A DNA stretch of 60,116 nucleotides, taken from contig JAOPZM010000073.1 of NCBI GenBank assembly GCA_025964115.1, forward strand, positions 1 to 60,116, in the 5' to 3' direction. Each line of letters begins with the position of its first letter. Position 1 is the first letter of the stretch. Positions 27,052-37,600 of this stretch are shown here, one piece after another. Below the pieces are notes generated by a model. That model had not been told where the DNA came from. It did no database searches and worked only from the letters and a program-made list of their open reading frames with translations. The translations under genes were made by a program, and so were the position numbers. This DNA comes from Solirubrobacterales bacterium (GTDB taxonomy: Bacteria > Actinomycetota > Thermoleophilia > Solirubrobacterales > Solirubrobacteraceae).

Positions 27052-27419
27052 GAGTTCGTAGGTTCGGCTGCCACCTCGAGTCCGTGCCGGCCGCCCGTCG
27101 CTTCGTGCGTGACACCCTGAGCGGCCAGGCTCGGGACATCTTGGACGCTGCAGAGCTGATGACGAGCGAGCTTGCAACCAACTGCGTCCAACACGCGCAG
27201 ACCGCCTTCGAGCTCGCCATCGATGACGCCGAGCGCCACATCCGAGTTGAAGTGCGCGACACCGGCCAGGGCCGACCGGTGCGCCAGTCCCCGGCGCCGA
27301 CCGACCGAACGGGACGAGGGCTCCTGATCGTCGAAGCGATGTCAGACGCCTGGGGGATCGAGCCGTCGTCCGCTGGAAAGACCGTGTGGTTCACGCTTCC
27401 CCAGCGCGCCGGCGCGTGA
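27048..27419 (+). CDS. Anti-sigma factor/Ser kinase (RsbW-like HATPase_c)
   Basis: SVPAARRFV, SELATNCVQHA, VEVRDTG, GRGLLIV, KTVWF. Confidence 0.9.
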   Translation: MRVRRFGCHLESVPAARRFVRDTLSGQARDILDAAELMTSELATNCVQHAQTAFELAIDDAERHIRVEVRDTGQGRPVRQSPAPTDRTGRGLLIVEAMSDAWGIEPSSAGKTVWFTLPQRAGA

Positions 27420-27596
27420 CTCAGCCGCGCAGGGGCAGTCACTAGAGGTCCTGCCGGGCTCCTACGGGCCGCCGGCAGGAATCCGCACACCTTCGCGAAA
27501 ACGGGTGAAGTGGAAACCGCACCCGCGCCTCGACCGTTCGTCCAAGACGGCCCCAGAGCCTCGACCGCCGAGCCCTCGATCTGCCACCGTACCGTG

Positions 27597-28490
27597 ATGA
27601 GCCGCTTGCGCGGGGCCGGCACCACGGACGCGCCGTCGGCGCACCACGGGCGCCGTGGCGCTCTCGCTGTCCTCGCTCTGTCTGTCTCGCTCGTGGTGAT
27701 CCCGTCATCAACGCAGGCGGGCAAGGCAACCGATCCTTCCGGACGCACCGCGGCCCGCCAGATGATCTGGGCCGAGGACTTCAACGGGCGCGCGGGCTCG
27801 AGGCCAAGCCGCAGGAAGTGGAACTTCGACGTCGGGGGCGGTGGCTGGGGCAACCGTGAGCTCGAGTCGAACACCGCCCGGCGGAGCAACGCGGTCCTCG
27901 ACGGGCGCGGGCACCTCGTGATCAGCGCTCGCGCAGAAACCTACACGGGTCGAGACGGGCAAACGCGCAGTTACACCTCGGCCCGCATTCAGACGCTCGG
28001 CAAGTTCGAATTCACATATGGGCTGGTCGAGGCCAGCATCAGGGTACCCGCCGGTCAGGGTTTGCTTCCCCAGTTCTGGATGCTCGGCAACGATGGCTAC
28101 CGGCCAGGAGGCTGGCCGGCGTCGGGAGAGATCGATGCGATGGAGGTTCTCGGGTCACACCCGAACGTCGCGATCGGAACCGTCCACGGCCCGTGGCCCT
28201 GGGCTCCGCACGGCGTCGGTACCAAGGCCTACTCGGCGACCTCGCTCGCCTCCAGCTTCCATGTTTACGGAGTCGAATGGTCCCATGAGCGGATCAGGTT
28301 CATGCTCGACGGCAACGTCTACCGAACGATCACCCCGTCGAGCCTTCAGCCTGGATCGACATGGCCGTTTAAACGCCCGAACTTCCTGTTGCTAGACGTC
28401 GCCGTCGGTGGCAACTGGCCGGGTTCACCGGACGCTTCCACGCGCTTCCCGGCTCGCATGTACGTCGACTGGGTGCGCGTGTGGCGGTGA
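27597..28490 (+). CDS. Secreted glycoside hydrolase family 16
   Basis: GWGNRELE, YTSARI, WPASGEIDAME (ExDxxE), MYVDWVRVW. Confidence 0.92.
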   Translation: MSRLRGAGTTDAPSAHHGRRGALAVLALSVSLVVIPSSTQAGKATDPSGRTAARQMIWAEDFNGRAGSRPSRRKWNFDVGGGGWGNRELESNTARRSNAVLDGRGHLVISARAETYTGRDGQTRSYTSARIQTLGKFEFTYGLVEASIRVPAGQGLLPQFWMLGNDGYRPGGWPASGEIDAMEVLGSHPNVAIGTVHGPWPWAPHGVGTKAYSATSLASSFHVYGVEWSHERIRFMLDGNVYRTITPSSLQPGSTWPFKRPNFLLLDVAVGGNWPGSPDASTRFPARMYVDWVRVWR

Positions 28491-28578
28491 CGCAGCACAC
28501 CGTGTGCGGAGGCTCCTTCTGGGTCGCGTGGAAGCCTGCGGCGCGCTAGAGTTCCCCGTCCCCGAGCCTGCAGATCTG

Positions 28579-29556
28579 GTGGATTATCCCGATAACCCGC
28601 AAGCAGATGCATCAGTGATCATCTGTGCCTACACTCTCGACCGCTGGGATGATCTGGTCAACGCCGTGCGGTCGATCGCCGAGCAGACGGTGCGCCCGCG
28701 CGAGACGACGGTCGTGGTGGACAACAACGCTGAGCTGCTCGAGCGGGCGCTCGGGGAGCTGGAGGATGTGACGGTCGTGCCGAATGACCAGGCGCCCGGG
28801 CTCTGTGGAGGGCGTAACACGGGCGCGGGGCGTTCGAGCGGCTCCGTTCTGGTCTTTCTCGACGACGACGCCGTTGCGTCACGAGAGTGGCTCGAGCAGC
28901 ACATGGTCGCCTACTCCGACCCGACGGTTCTGGGGGTAGGTGGAGAAATCACACCGATCTGGCGCTCGGGACCGCCGAGTTGGCTCCCGGCCGAGTTGTA
29001 CTGGGTCGTCGGTTGCACATACACAGGGCTGCCGGTCCAGCCTGCTGCGATCCGCAACCCGATCGGAGCCAACATGTCGATGCGAGCCGAGGTCTTTGCG
29101 CGTGCTGGCGGGTTTCAACCCGAGCTCGGTCGGTTGGACATCGGCGGCCGTGCGATCACGGGCAGCGCTGACGAGACCGAGTTCTGCATTCGCGCGTCGC
29201 AGCACTTCCCGGCCGGGCAGTGGATCTACCGGCCGAACGCGAGCGTCCGCCATGTCGTCACCGCGCACCGGGCGACGTGGCGGCACTTCGTCAAGCGGTG
29301 CCAGCTGGAGGGGGGGTCCAAAGCGGTGCTCGTCGGCCTCCGGGGGCAGGGCGAGGGCCTTTCATCTGAGCGTCGCTATGTCACGCGGGTGTTGCCGCGC
29401 GGAGTTCTGCGAGAGCTGCTCGCAGCGGTGCGCGGCGAGGCCGACGGGCTGCGCCGTGCGAGCGCGATCATCGCCGGGCTCGCGATCACAGGCATGACCT
29501 ATTTTCGCGCAAGATTTGAAATCCGCCTCGGGCGGGGTCGGCAATACTCGTCCTGA
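28579..29556 (+). CDS. Glycosyltransferase family 2
   Basis: SVIICAYT, VVVDN, RNTG, FLDDD, GANMS, DETEFC. Confidence 0.9.
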   Translation: MDYPDNPQADASVIICAYTLDRWDDLVNAVRSIAEQTVRPRETTVVVDNNAELLERALGELEDVTVVPNDQAPGLCGGRNTGAGRSSGSVLVFLDDDAVASREWLEQHMVAYSDPTVLGVGGEITPIWRSGPPSWLPAELYWVVGCTYTGLPVQPAAIRNPIGANMSMRAEVFARAGGFQPELGRLDIGGRAITGSADETEFCIRASQHFPAGQWIYRPNASVRHVVTAHRATWRHFVKRCQLEGGSKAVLVGLRGQGEGLSSERRYVTRVLPRGVLRELLAAVRGEADGLRRASAIIAGLAITGMTYFRARFEIRLGRGRQYSS

Positions 29557-29574
29557 CGGCCGCGCCGCCTGGGA

Positions 29575-30876
29575 TCAGGCCGCGGCCGAGGTGACTCGCG
29601 GCTCGCGAAGAACGGGAAGAAGCCGCGGGATCAGCGTCAGGAAGATCACCGCGTTGGCCATGAGCCACGCGGCTCCGACCCCGTCGATCCCGTATGAGTC
29701 GGCAAGGGGAGCTGCCGGGCCGAGCACGAGGACCAGCAGCGCGAACTCCATCAGCGCAAGCCGGAGGCCGCGTCCCTGCACCCGCGAGACGGCAGAGAAG
29801 AAGGCGATCCCGGCCCGGAACAGGCTGGCGCACAGGAGCAGGCGCAGGACACCGGTCCCATGCTGGACATAGGCGTGCCCGAAGGGGAGCAGCACGAGCG
29901 GCGCGGCCAGGATCAGCAGGGCGCCCGCCGGGGCGACCAGCACGAGCACACGACGTACCACCAGGTTCGCCAGATCGCGAAGGTGACCCTCGTTCAGCCG
30001 GGCCGCCTCGACCACGAGTGGCGTGCATGCGCTGTAGGCGAGTGTGTCGAATGCCATGACGATCATGAACGGGATGGCGAAGTAGGCGCTGTCCCGCGCG
30101 CCGAGCAGCGCGAGCACCGTCAACGGAAGCAGCGTCAGTGTCGCCTGCGTGAAGATCGACGCGAAGTAATCCTGTGAGAGAAAGCGCACCGCTCTCGCCG
30201 CACCAAAGCGCTTGACCGATGACGGCCCCTCGGGTCCATCGACGCCCAGCTGCGCGGGGATCGCACGCCGAAACACCAGAAGGTTGACGGGGATCAACAG
30301 CAGTGCCATCGGAAGAGCCCACGCAAGGAACACGCCGTGAACCGCCCCTGCTGCCAGCAGCAGCGGCAGAGCCGCGATCTTCAGCACCCCGAAGGCGGCG
30401 TTCTCGATCGGTACCCAGGGCGCGCGACGCGTCGCCGTCAGCACGGAATCCTGGAGCGCGAACACGCCCCAGAGCACGAGCGCCGCGACGAAGCCGACCG
30501 CCAGCGTCACACTGGTGCTCAGGAACGCGAGCTCATGTGAGACATGTGGCGCAGCGAGCACGAACGCAGAGCCGACCACCAACGCGAGTGTGCTCGCCAG
30601 CGCATACGCGATGCCAACCGCGCGCGCGCTCCGGCTGCCCAGACCTGGAAGGAATCGGACGATCGCGTTGCCGAGGTTCAGCTGAGAGAGCGTCGAGAGC
30701 TCGATCATCGCCGAGACCAGCGCTCCATCTCGCCCGACCTCGACGTTTGAGTACATGCGAGCGGCCGCGACCCAGAACCCCATGCCGAGGAGCGAGGTGA
30801 CCGCCGTGTTGGCGATCAGGCTGTACGCGCCCCGCAGTAGATGCCGCGACGGCGCCGATGAGCTCTCAGCAGCCAC
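29575..30876 (-). CDS. Wzx-like polysaccharide flippase
   Basis: Multi-TM; LGMGFWVAAAR, QLNLGNAIVRFLP; paralog of 32883..34190. Confidence 0.8.
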   Translation of the reverse strand: MAAESSSAPSRHLLRGAYSLIANTAVTSLLGMGFWVAAARMYSNVEVGRDGALVSAMIELSTLSQLNLGNAIVRFLPGLGSRSARAVGIAYALASTLALVVGSAFVLAAPHVSHELAFLSTSVTLAVGFVAALVLWGVFALQDSVLTATRRAPWVPIENAAFGVLKIAALPLLLAAGAVHGVFLAWALPMALLLIPVNLLVFRRAIPAQLGVDGPEGPSSVKRFGAARAVRFLSQDYFASIFTQATLTLLPLTVLALLGARDSAYFAIPFMIVMAFDTLAYSACTPLVVEAARLNEGHLRDLANLVVRRVLVLVAPAGALLILAAPLVLLPFGHAYVQHGTGVLRLLLCASLFRAGIAFFSAVSRVQGRGLRLALMEFALLVLVLGPAAPLADSYGIDGVGAAWLMANAVIFLTLIPRLLPVLREPRVTSAAA

Positions 30877-32311
30877 TGCGGACTTGTACACCGGGCCGAT
30901 CCGTGCCTCGGGCAGGGCCGCCTCGCTGCTGCGGCGGCCGAGCGGCGACGATGGCCTCGTCGAGGCTGAGCCTCCGTGCCCAGTGCCGGCTCTTCACGTA
31001 CAGCCGCGGGCCACGCAGCATTCCACTCCGCACGAGCGAGGCGTATTCGCCCGGCAGCGAGGCGGCCGCGGTCTCCTCGCCACCGCCTCGGCGCCTTCGC
31101 ACGGCAAGCGGCACAGAGCGGCCGAGGGCTCTCAGGAACCGGCGATCGTTGAGGAGGTACTTCGTCAGGATCGCGGTAAAGCCAACCCCGTAGTTGAACA
31201 GCTGACGCTTGAGCGCACCGTCATCGCGTCGGTGCTCGTGCCAGCAGAGCGCGCGCGGTTCGTACACGAGGCGACCTCCGCGTAGGATCGCGGCGCTGAA
31301 GGCCTCGATGTCCGCTCCCGCGAGGGCGAGGCTCCCGGCACCCAACGCCGGATCGAATCCACCGGCGGCCGCAAGCTCGGCCGTCCTGAAGGCCATGCTG
31401 TTCCCCGAGCCGAAGACTCCTCCCCAATATGGATAGAGGACGCGCCCATCGTCTCTCGCGGCGTGTAGATCGTAGGAGCGTCCCGTGACGCCCTTGGAGA
31501 ACCCGGCGTACTGCTCGAACCGCTTCTGCGCCTCGGTCCTCAGCTCAAGCGGCAACACCATCCCGGTGACAGCTGTCACCTCCGGTTCGGCGAACGGGGA
31601 CAGCAGCCAGTTCAGCCACTCCGCGTCGATCACGACGTCGTCATCGGTGAACGCGACGAACTCCGAGCTCACCTCGGCGATCCCTCGGTTGCGCGCCACC
31701 GAGCTTCCGGGGCGAGGCTCGGCGACATAGCGGACGCGCGCATCGTCCACCGCGATCGCCTCTGCCAGCCGCCTCGTCTCGGGGAGGTCGGGCCGGTTGT
31801 CGACCACCAGGAACTCGAGCTTCGGCCGCTCGAGAGCCAGCAGGGACCGCAGACAGCGCCCCAGCTGATCGGGTCGCCCGCCGGTGGGGATCACCACGCT
31901 GGCCGGGCCGAGCCGATTCCCACAAATGGCGCCGAGACAGGCACCCGTCGGTGCGGCGCACGCGCCGAACAGGGACTCGTCAAGCGCCGGCGGCTCAACG
32001 CACCCGTATCTCTCGACGTGCGCCGCGATCGCCCCGGACGCCTGCTGCCATATCAGCGAGCCGAGCTCCTCGGCCTGCAAGGCGAGCCGCGGCCCCTGTA
32101 CATGGATGACCGCCAGGGGATCTCCGTGAAGGCGCACGAGCAGAAGACCGTCACTCGGATCCGCCGCGGCCGCGGAGTGATTCGGAAGCCTGATCGTCGG
32201 CGGGCCATCGAGATCGACCAACCCCATCTGCGTCGCCCCGAGATGCTCGAACGCAGCGACCGGAAGGTAGCCGTTCGTCAGGTCATCCGCGCGACGCGCA
32301 TCTGCGCTCAA
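30866..32311 (-). CDS. Glycosyltransferase family 2
   Basis: VVDN, ARNRG, FTDDD, FGSGNSMAFR, GGFDPALGAG. Confidence 0.9.
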   Translation of the reverse strand: MSADARRADDLTNGYLPVAAFEHLGATQMGLVDLDGPPTIRLPNHSAAAADPSDGLLLVRLHGDPLAVIHVQGPRLALQAEELGSLIWQQASGAIAAHVERYGCVEPPALDESLFGACAAPTGACLGAICGNRLGPASVVIPTGGRPDQLGRCLRSLLALERPKLEFLVVDNRPDLPETRRLAEAIAVDDARVRYVAEPRPGSSVARNRGIAEVSSEFVAFTDDDVVIDAEWLNWLLSPFAEPEVTAVTGMVLPLELRTEAQKRFEQYAGFSKGVTGRSYDLHAARDDGRVLYPYWGGVFGSGNSMAFRTAELAAAGGFDPALGAGSLALAGADIEAFSAAILRGGRLVYEPRALCWHEHRRDDGALKRQLFNYGVGFTAILTKYLLNDRRFLRALGRSVPLAVRRRRGGGEETAAASLPGEYASLVRSGMLRGPRLYVKSRHWARRLSLDEAIVAARPPQQRGGPARGTDRPGVQVRSGC

Positions 32312-32886
32312 CTCGCGTCCACCTCCGACTCCGGGTCGGTGTCGCGCGGCGGGATTATGCGGGCGGGAACCCCGACCGCCGTGGCGCCCGGCGGCACATC
32401 CTGCAACACGACGCTCATCGCGCCGACGCGGGCATCGTCGCCCACGGTCACGCCACCGAGCACCTGCGCGTAGGCGCCGAGCTCGACGCGGTCTCCGATC
32501 ACCGGCGCCCGGCCGTTCGGCACCACGTTGCCGATCGTCACCCCGTGACGCATCACGCAGTGTGAGCCGATCCGCGTCCTGGGGTTGATCACGATGTTGC
32601 CTCCGTGCCAGATCCGCAGCCCCGGACCCACGCTGGTCTGGGGCGGAAGCTCAACTCCGGTGAGCGCCTCGACGAGCCGCTGACCCATCAGCAACGGGAC
32701 CTTGACGGCGTAGCGCAGCCAGAGCGGCCGGCCGGCGAGCCAGGCACCGAAGCGCGAATCGAGCCAACTCCCGAGCCGGTATGCGGCGACCGCCCACAGG
32801 GCGCGCTCGGAGATCCACGCCTCCCGCGGATAGGCGGCACGATCCAGGCGAAAGGACTCGCGCGCAGATGGCACCCGCTCGCTCAT
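32308..32886 (-). CDS. Hexapeptide-repeat O-acetyltransferase (serine acetyltransferase-like)
   Basis: VGPGLRIWHGG, GVTIG, VGDDARVGAMSVV, VGVPAR. Confidence 0.88.
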   Translation of the reverse strand: MSERVPSARESFRLDRAAYPREAWISERALWAVAAYRLGSWLDSRFGAWLAGRPLWLRYAVKVPLLMGQRLVEALTGVELPPQTSVGPGLRIWHGGNIVINPRTRIGSHCVMRHGVTIGNVVPNGRAPVIGDRVELGAYAQVLGGVTVGDDARVGAMSVVLQDVPPGATAVGVPARIIPPRDTDPESEVDAS

Positions 32887-34190
32887 GGGATCGCGGTCGC
32901 GATCTGTGGGCGGCGCAGCGCACGGACCAACGCCGGCAGCAGCGCGAGCGCCAACGTGCCATGCGCGAGCGCCCAGGCAAGCCCGACGCCGTCAAGGCCC
33001 TCGGAGGGCGCGAGCAGGGCGATCAGGCTCACCAGGCCCACCGCCAGCGCCGCGCCGACGAACAGCAGACGCCGGCCATGGCCTTCCAACCGAGCCATCG
33101 CGCTGACCAGGAAGAGGAGAGAGCGAAAGCAACTCGTGGCCGCCAGCAGTCGCAGGAGCGTCGTTCCGTGGGTCACATAGGCGTGGCCGAACGGGAGCAG
33201 CACGAGCGGTGCGGCGACGACGATCAGCAGCGAGATCGGCACCTGCACCGCGAGGAACCTGCGCACCACCGTGCCCGTCAGCTCCCGTGTGCGGCCGGGC
33301 GAGCGCGACGCCTCGGTCGTCAGCGACGTGGTGACCGCGAGGAACATCAGGTCGAACGTGCTCACCAGCGTGAACGGAATGTAGAAGTACGCGTTCTCCC
33401 TCGGGCCCAGGAACGCGACGACGAGCAGTGGCAGCGCGGTCAGGGCGATCTGGCCGAACGCGGCGCCGAAGAAGTCCTGCGCGAGAAATGTGAAGAGCCG
33501 CCTGCGGCCGAAGATCTCGAGGACCCCCTGGGCGTCACGCTGGGCGATCGCGGCTTGCGGGACGACGCGCCGAGCGATCAGCCAATTCATCACCGGGACC
33601 GTCACGAACATCGGGACGACCCACGCCAGGAACACGCCGTGCCCGCTGATCAGGAGATAGGCGACCGGCAGGATCACGATCTTCAACGCACTGAACGAGC
33701 CGTTCTCGAGCGGCAGCCACGCGGCTCGTCCGAGCGCTGTGAGAACGGCATCCTCCAGCACGAAGATCGTCCAGGCCGCGGTCGCCGACACGTAGAGGAT
33801 CGCGAGCCACGTTTCCCTGTGTAGGAAGTCGAATTCGGGCGAGACGAGCGGGGCGACGATGACGAAAGCGACGCCGCCGATCAGGCTGAGCGCTACCGCG
33901 CTTGCGTACGCGTCCAGAACGCGCCTCCCCACGCGATGACGGACCTGGGGAAGGAAGCGCACGATGACGTTGCCCATGTTGAGTTGGCAGAGCGCAGCGA
34001 TCGTCGCCATCGACGAGATCAGGGCGCTGTCCCTGCCCAGGATGTACGGCGGGTAGACCCGTGCCGCGATCGCCCAGAAGCCGATCCCCAGCCCGGCCGT
34101 CAGCAGGGTGCTCGTCATCAAGCTCCCCGCCGTGCGGTGCAACGGCTCGGCGAAGCCCGAGCGCAGACGCAGGATTGCCGCGGAGATCAT
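32883..34190 (-). CDS. Wzx-like polysaccharide flippase
   Basis: LGIGFWAIAAR, QLNMGNVIVRFLP; multi-TM. Confidence 0.8.
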   Translation of the reverse strand: MISAAILRLRSGFAEPLHRTAGSLMTSTLLTAGLGIGFWAIAARVYPPYILGRDSALISSMATIAALCQLNMGNVIVRFLPQVRHRVGRRVLDAYASAVALSLIGGVAFVIVAPLVSPEFDFLHRETWLAILYVSATAAWTIFVLEDAVLTALGRAAWLPLENGSFSALKIVILPVAYLLISGHGVFLAWVVPMFVTVPVMNWLIARRVVPQAAIAQRDAQGVLEIFGRRRLFTFLAQDFFGAAFGQIALTALPLLVVAFLGPRENAYFYIPFTLVSTFDLMFLAVTTSLTTEASRSPGRTRELTGTVVRRFLAVQVPISLLIVVAAPLVLLPFGHAYVTHGTTLLRLLAATSCFRSLLFLVSAMARLEGHGRRLLFVGAALAVGLVSLIALLAPSEGLDGVGLAWALAHGTLALALLPALVRALRRPQIATAIP

Positions 34191-34197
34191 GAACGTC

Positions 34198-34878
34198 CTA
34201 AGCGCCCTTCCCGCGCTCGAGGTGTGCACCCAGCAGACCCTCGCCCGATTGCCAGGGAGCAGCGCGTCGCCAGCTGGCATATACGTCGTGCTTGCGGTCG
34301 ATCGCGGCGCGTCGTTCGCTCAGAACCTTCCAGCCGGTGAATTGCGAGAGAAGGTCCCACCCGAGCCGCTGAGGCTCGGTGGGCGTCGGCTCGTGGTTGA
34401 CCTCGACGATGATCAGGCACGTGGCGCCCACCTTCGCCACGCGCGTTATCTCCTGAATTGCGGCAGCGACGTCGTCGACGTGATCCAGAGCGTTGAACGC
34501 CGTGACGATGTCGAAGTGCTCGTCGGGAAACGGAATAGCCTCGGCGCCGGCTCCAACGTAGGACATCTGGTGGCCGTCGATGCCAAGTTGCCGATACTGC
34601 GGGACGAGTGGATCCAGGCCGACGCGCTCGAGCGCTCCCGTCGCCCACTCGAGGCTTCCGCGAGGTCCGCACCCGATGTCGAGGACCCGCTTGCCGGCAT
34701 AGAAGTCCTTCGTCAGGCCGAACTGCTCGGTGTAGGCCGCCTCGAGATGGCCGGCACCCCTGGTGAGATCGCCCTCCTGCCTGTATCGCTTTTGCCAGTA
34801 GTTGAACTCGGCGCTCGACTTGCTCGTGCCCCGCGCGACGGCAAGCCGGTTCAACAATCGGCGTAGGAGTCGCCTCAT
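34198..34878 (-). CDS. Class I SAM-dependent methyltransferase
   Basis: VLDIGCGP, IPFPDEHFDIV, NALDHV. Confidence 0.9.
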   Translation of the reverse strand: MRRLLRRLLNRLAVARGTSKSSAEFNYWQKRYRQEGDLTRGAGHLEAAYTEQFGLTKDFYAGKRVLDIGCGPRGSLEWATGALERVGLDPLVPQYRQLGIDGHQMSYVGAGAEAIPFPDEHFDIVTAFNALDHVDDVAAAIQEITRVAKVGATCLIIVEVNHEPTPTEPQRLGWDLLSQFTGWKVLSERRAAIDRKHDVYASWRRAAPWQSGEGLLGAHLERGKGA

Positions 34879-35747
34879 GCCTCAGCGCCCGACGATCGGG
34901 GGGCTGCGCTCCGGGCGTTCTGTGGAGGCCTGCCTGCCAGCGAGGCTGCCACCGCGATCGCCCGCATGTAGTCTCGCGCCCGCAGCTCCCCGCGGGAGAC
35001 GAGCAGGGCACCCACCGCAAGACGGTGGAACAGTGACAGGGCAAGGTGAGTGTGTTGGCGCAGATGCTTGGCGAGCACCGCTACGTTGCCAACGTAATAC
35101 TGGGCCGGTCGGTGGCCCTTGTAGGGGTGCTCCACAAAAACATGTGCTGGCGAGTAAATGCCGCTGAATCCCGCGGCGAGCGCCCTCAGCACGTAATCGG
35201 AGTCCTCGGCCGACCCCAAGCGGGCGCCCAGTCCGAACCGCTGATCGAAATCTCCGATCACTCTGACCGCGCCGGCTGCGAAGAAGACGTTGTTGGAGCT
35301 CACGACACGCGTCACGAACGACGGCGTGAGCGGCCGCGATGCTCGCGGAAAGCGCCGCTCGTCGACCGCTGGGCGAGTCGGACCGTACGGCCCGCACACG
35401 ACGTCGACCCCGCCGCCGATCACACGGCCCACGTCGCCGAGCAGGCCCGCCGGATAGACGCAATCGTCGTCGGGGAATCCCACGACGCCGGCCCGATCGA
35501 GGAGGCTGTGCTCCCTTGCATGCGCGAGGGCGGCGTTGCGTGCCTCGCTGAGGGACGTCTCTAGCGGAAGCTCGATCACGTGGGCCCTGAGCGCATCCCG
35601 GGCGGGCAGCTTCACCTGGCCGCCGCCGCGCATCACGAGGATCAGATCTGTCGGCGTGGACTGGCCTGCGAGGCTGGCGAGCAGGGAGGCGAGGTTCGCC
35701 CGCGACGCGGCGGAGACATCGGTCGCCGTTATCAGCAGAAACCGCAT
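34875..35747 (-). CDS. Glycosyltransferase family 2
   Basis: ARNAAL, FPDDDC, FDQRFGLG, AEDSD. Confidence 0.85.
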   Translation of the reverse strand: MRFLLITATDVSAASRANLASLLASLAGQSTPTDLILVMRGGGQVKLPARDALRAHVIELPLETSLSEARNAALAHAREHSLLDRAGVVGFPDDDCVYPAGLLGDVGRVIGGGVDVVCGPYGPTRPAVDERRFPRASRPLTPSFVTRVVSSNNVFFAAGAVRVIGDFDQRFGLGARLGSAEDSDYVLRALAAGFSGIYSPAHVFVEHPYKGHRPAQYYVGNVAVLAKHLRQHTHLALSLFHRLAVGALLVSRGELRARDYMRAIAVAASLAGRPPQNARSAAPRSSGAEA

Positions 35748-37600
35748 CAGAGACCGCCAGCCGCGCTGCTTGTCGTGTCGGTCAGCTCGTAGATCCGCGC
35801 GCTTCCCGTCGCGTACCAGAGGTGAAACCGCGGAGAGGCTGCGATGGCGCGCTCGAGCTGAGTCAGTGCGCCCTTTCGGGTCGAACCGAAGATGTCGGCA
35901 TATGCCAGCTGCGTCGTCGAGAACACGATGAACCCGTAGCGCGAGTAGCGATGCAGCGCGTTGACCACGGTCGGGAGATCGGCGCTGCCGAGCGCCTTCC
36001 GGCCCAGCAGGTGGTTTTCCAGCAGGTCGGGACTATGGTCCCCCGGCGGCCCGGCCATGTCGGCGTAGCGTGCCCCGGAACGAAGCGGGAAGTCCTCGCC
36101 GGCGAGCATTAGCACGGCGCCGGCGGGAGCGTGGCTGTAGAAGTGTTCGCTCGCCCGGACCTCGCCGCCGGGAATGATGTTCGTCGTGGCGTTGCCGAGG
36201 AAGGCGAAGACGAAGAGCGTGACGAGCAGCCCGACGGCGGCGACCGTCGCACCGAGGCGAATGCGCGTCCCAAGCGTGACAAGCCCCCAGGCGATTACGA
36301 CGTCGCGCCACGGCGAGGAGAACAGGAAGACGCGAAGCGATGCCTCGCCGCCATAGTTCTGGCCGAAGAGAATGAGGAAGGGGATCGCCGCCAGAACCCC
36401 GAGCGGAAGCACGCGCGACCCATATCCGCGGCGCGCCAGCCGGAGCGCGAAGACGATGGTCAACAACGCAGCGGCGTATGACAGCAGCTGCCCGACGTGG
36501 GCGTGAAACCAGTCGCGGAACGTCAACGCGCCGGGCTGGACCTGCGCGTTTTCGATGGGGTTGAGACTCTGGAACAGCCCGTAGTGGTGACTGACATATG
36601 AGAGGTTCGGCAGGAGATATCCGACCGCAAGCGCCGCGAAGACGATCACGAGCCATCGCGGACGCACGATTCCCATCAGTGTGAGCGCCGCCACCTGGAA
36701 CACGACCATGTATGGGGTGAGCTCGTGCGTGGCGACGATCACGGCATCGATGGCCACGACGATCGCGATGCTCGTCCACCGGGGCCATCGCAGGGAGCTC
36801 GCGATGGCTTCCTGTGGCTGCGGGCGACGCATGACAAACGCGACGAGCCTCATCACCCGGGGGGCGATCTTCCCGTTTGCCGTGAATCGCCGAATGATGA
36901 TGAGCATCAGCGCCAGGTCGAGCGTGTAGGCGACCGCTTGGGGCGAGTAGTAGTTCTGCCCGACCCAGTTGGTGCAGGCGAACAGCAGCGCTGCCGTGCC
37001 CGTCACGCGGATGTCGCGGACGACGGCCTGGGCGATCGCGGCGACGAGACCCACGTCGGTGAGCACGCTCAACGGCTCGAACCAGCCTGCGTAGCTGAGC
37101 GGATCGACCCCGGCGACACGTGAAAAGGCCGCGGTCACCGCAAAGAACCCCGGCCAGCGGTTGTAGATGTCGACGTTGGGGCTCACAGCGCCACGGGCTT
37201 CGAGCAGGCGCGTGACGCCTATGTGCTTGTAGGTCCACGCGTACTGCGGAGCGTCGGCGAGCGCCGGAACGGTCCCGTAGAGCACGATCACCGCGGCGGC
37301 TATGTAGGCGCCGATGATCCACGGGTTGGGATCGGAGCGCGAGACGCTCGCAACCGTTCCGAGGAGGCAGATCGCCAGGGCGGCATACCACGTGCCCGGG
37401 AGCGCCGGCGGCAGCCCGGCGGAGCCGAGGTGGCCGACGTGAATCGATGACAGTGAGACCAGCCAGAGCGCGATGGCGAGCGCGAGCAGGATCGCCGCGA
37501 GGGCCGCGTCGGGGGCAAGCAGTCGGCCGCTCAACCGGATGTGCGCGCGTGCGCGGCCAGCCTCACGCACGGTGACTATGCGCGGCGACGATACGCTCAC
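35747..37600 (-). CDS. Polytopic membrane protein (GT-C or polymerase-like)
   Basis: About 12 TM segments; YAWTYKHIG, IYNRWPGFF, NWVGQNYYSPQ; located within the GT operon. Confidence 0.75.
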   Translation of the reverse strand: MSVSSPRIVTVREAGRARAHIRLSGRLLAPDAALAAILLALAIALWLVSLSSIHVGHLGSAGLPPALPGTWYAALAICLLGTVASVSRSDPNPWIIGAYIAAAVIVLYGTVPALADAPQYAWTYKHIGVTRLLEARGAVSPNVDIYNRWPGFFAVTAAFSRVAGVDPLSYAGWFEPLSVLTDVGLVAAIAQAVVRDIRVTGTAALLFACTNWVGQNYYSPQAVAYTLDLALMLIIIRRFTANGKIAPRVMRLVAFVMRRPQPQEAIASSLRWPRWTSIAIVVAIDAVIVATHELTPYMVVFQVAALTLMGIVRPRWLVIVFAALAVGYLLPNLSYVSHHYGLFQSLNPIENAQVQPGALTFRDWFHAHVGQLLSYAAALLTIVFALRLARRGYGSRVLPLGVLAAIPFLILFGQNYGGEASLRVFLFSSPWRDVVIAWGLVTLGTRIRLGATVAAVGLLVTLFVFAFLGNATTNIIPGGEVRASEHFYSHAPAGAVLMLAGEDFPLRSGARYADMAGPPGDHSPDLLENHLLGRKALGSADLPTVVNALHRYSRYGFIVFSTTQLAYADIFGSTRKGALTQLERAIAASPRFHLWYATGSARIYELTDTTSSAAGGL

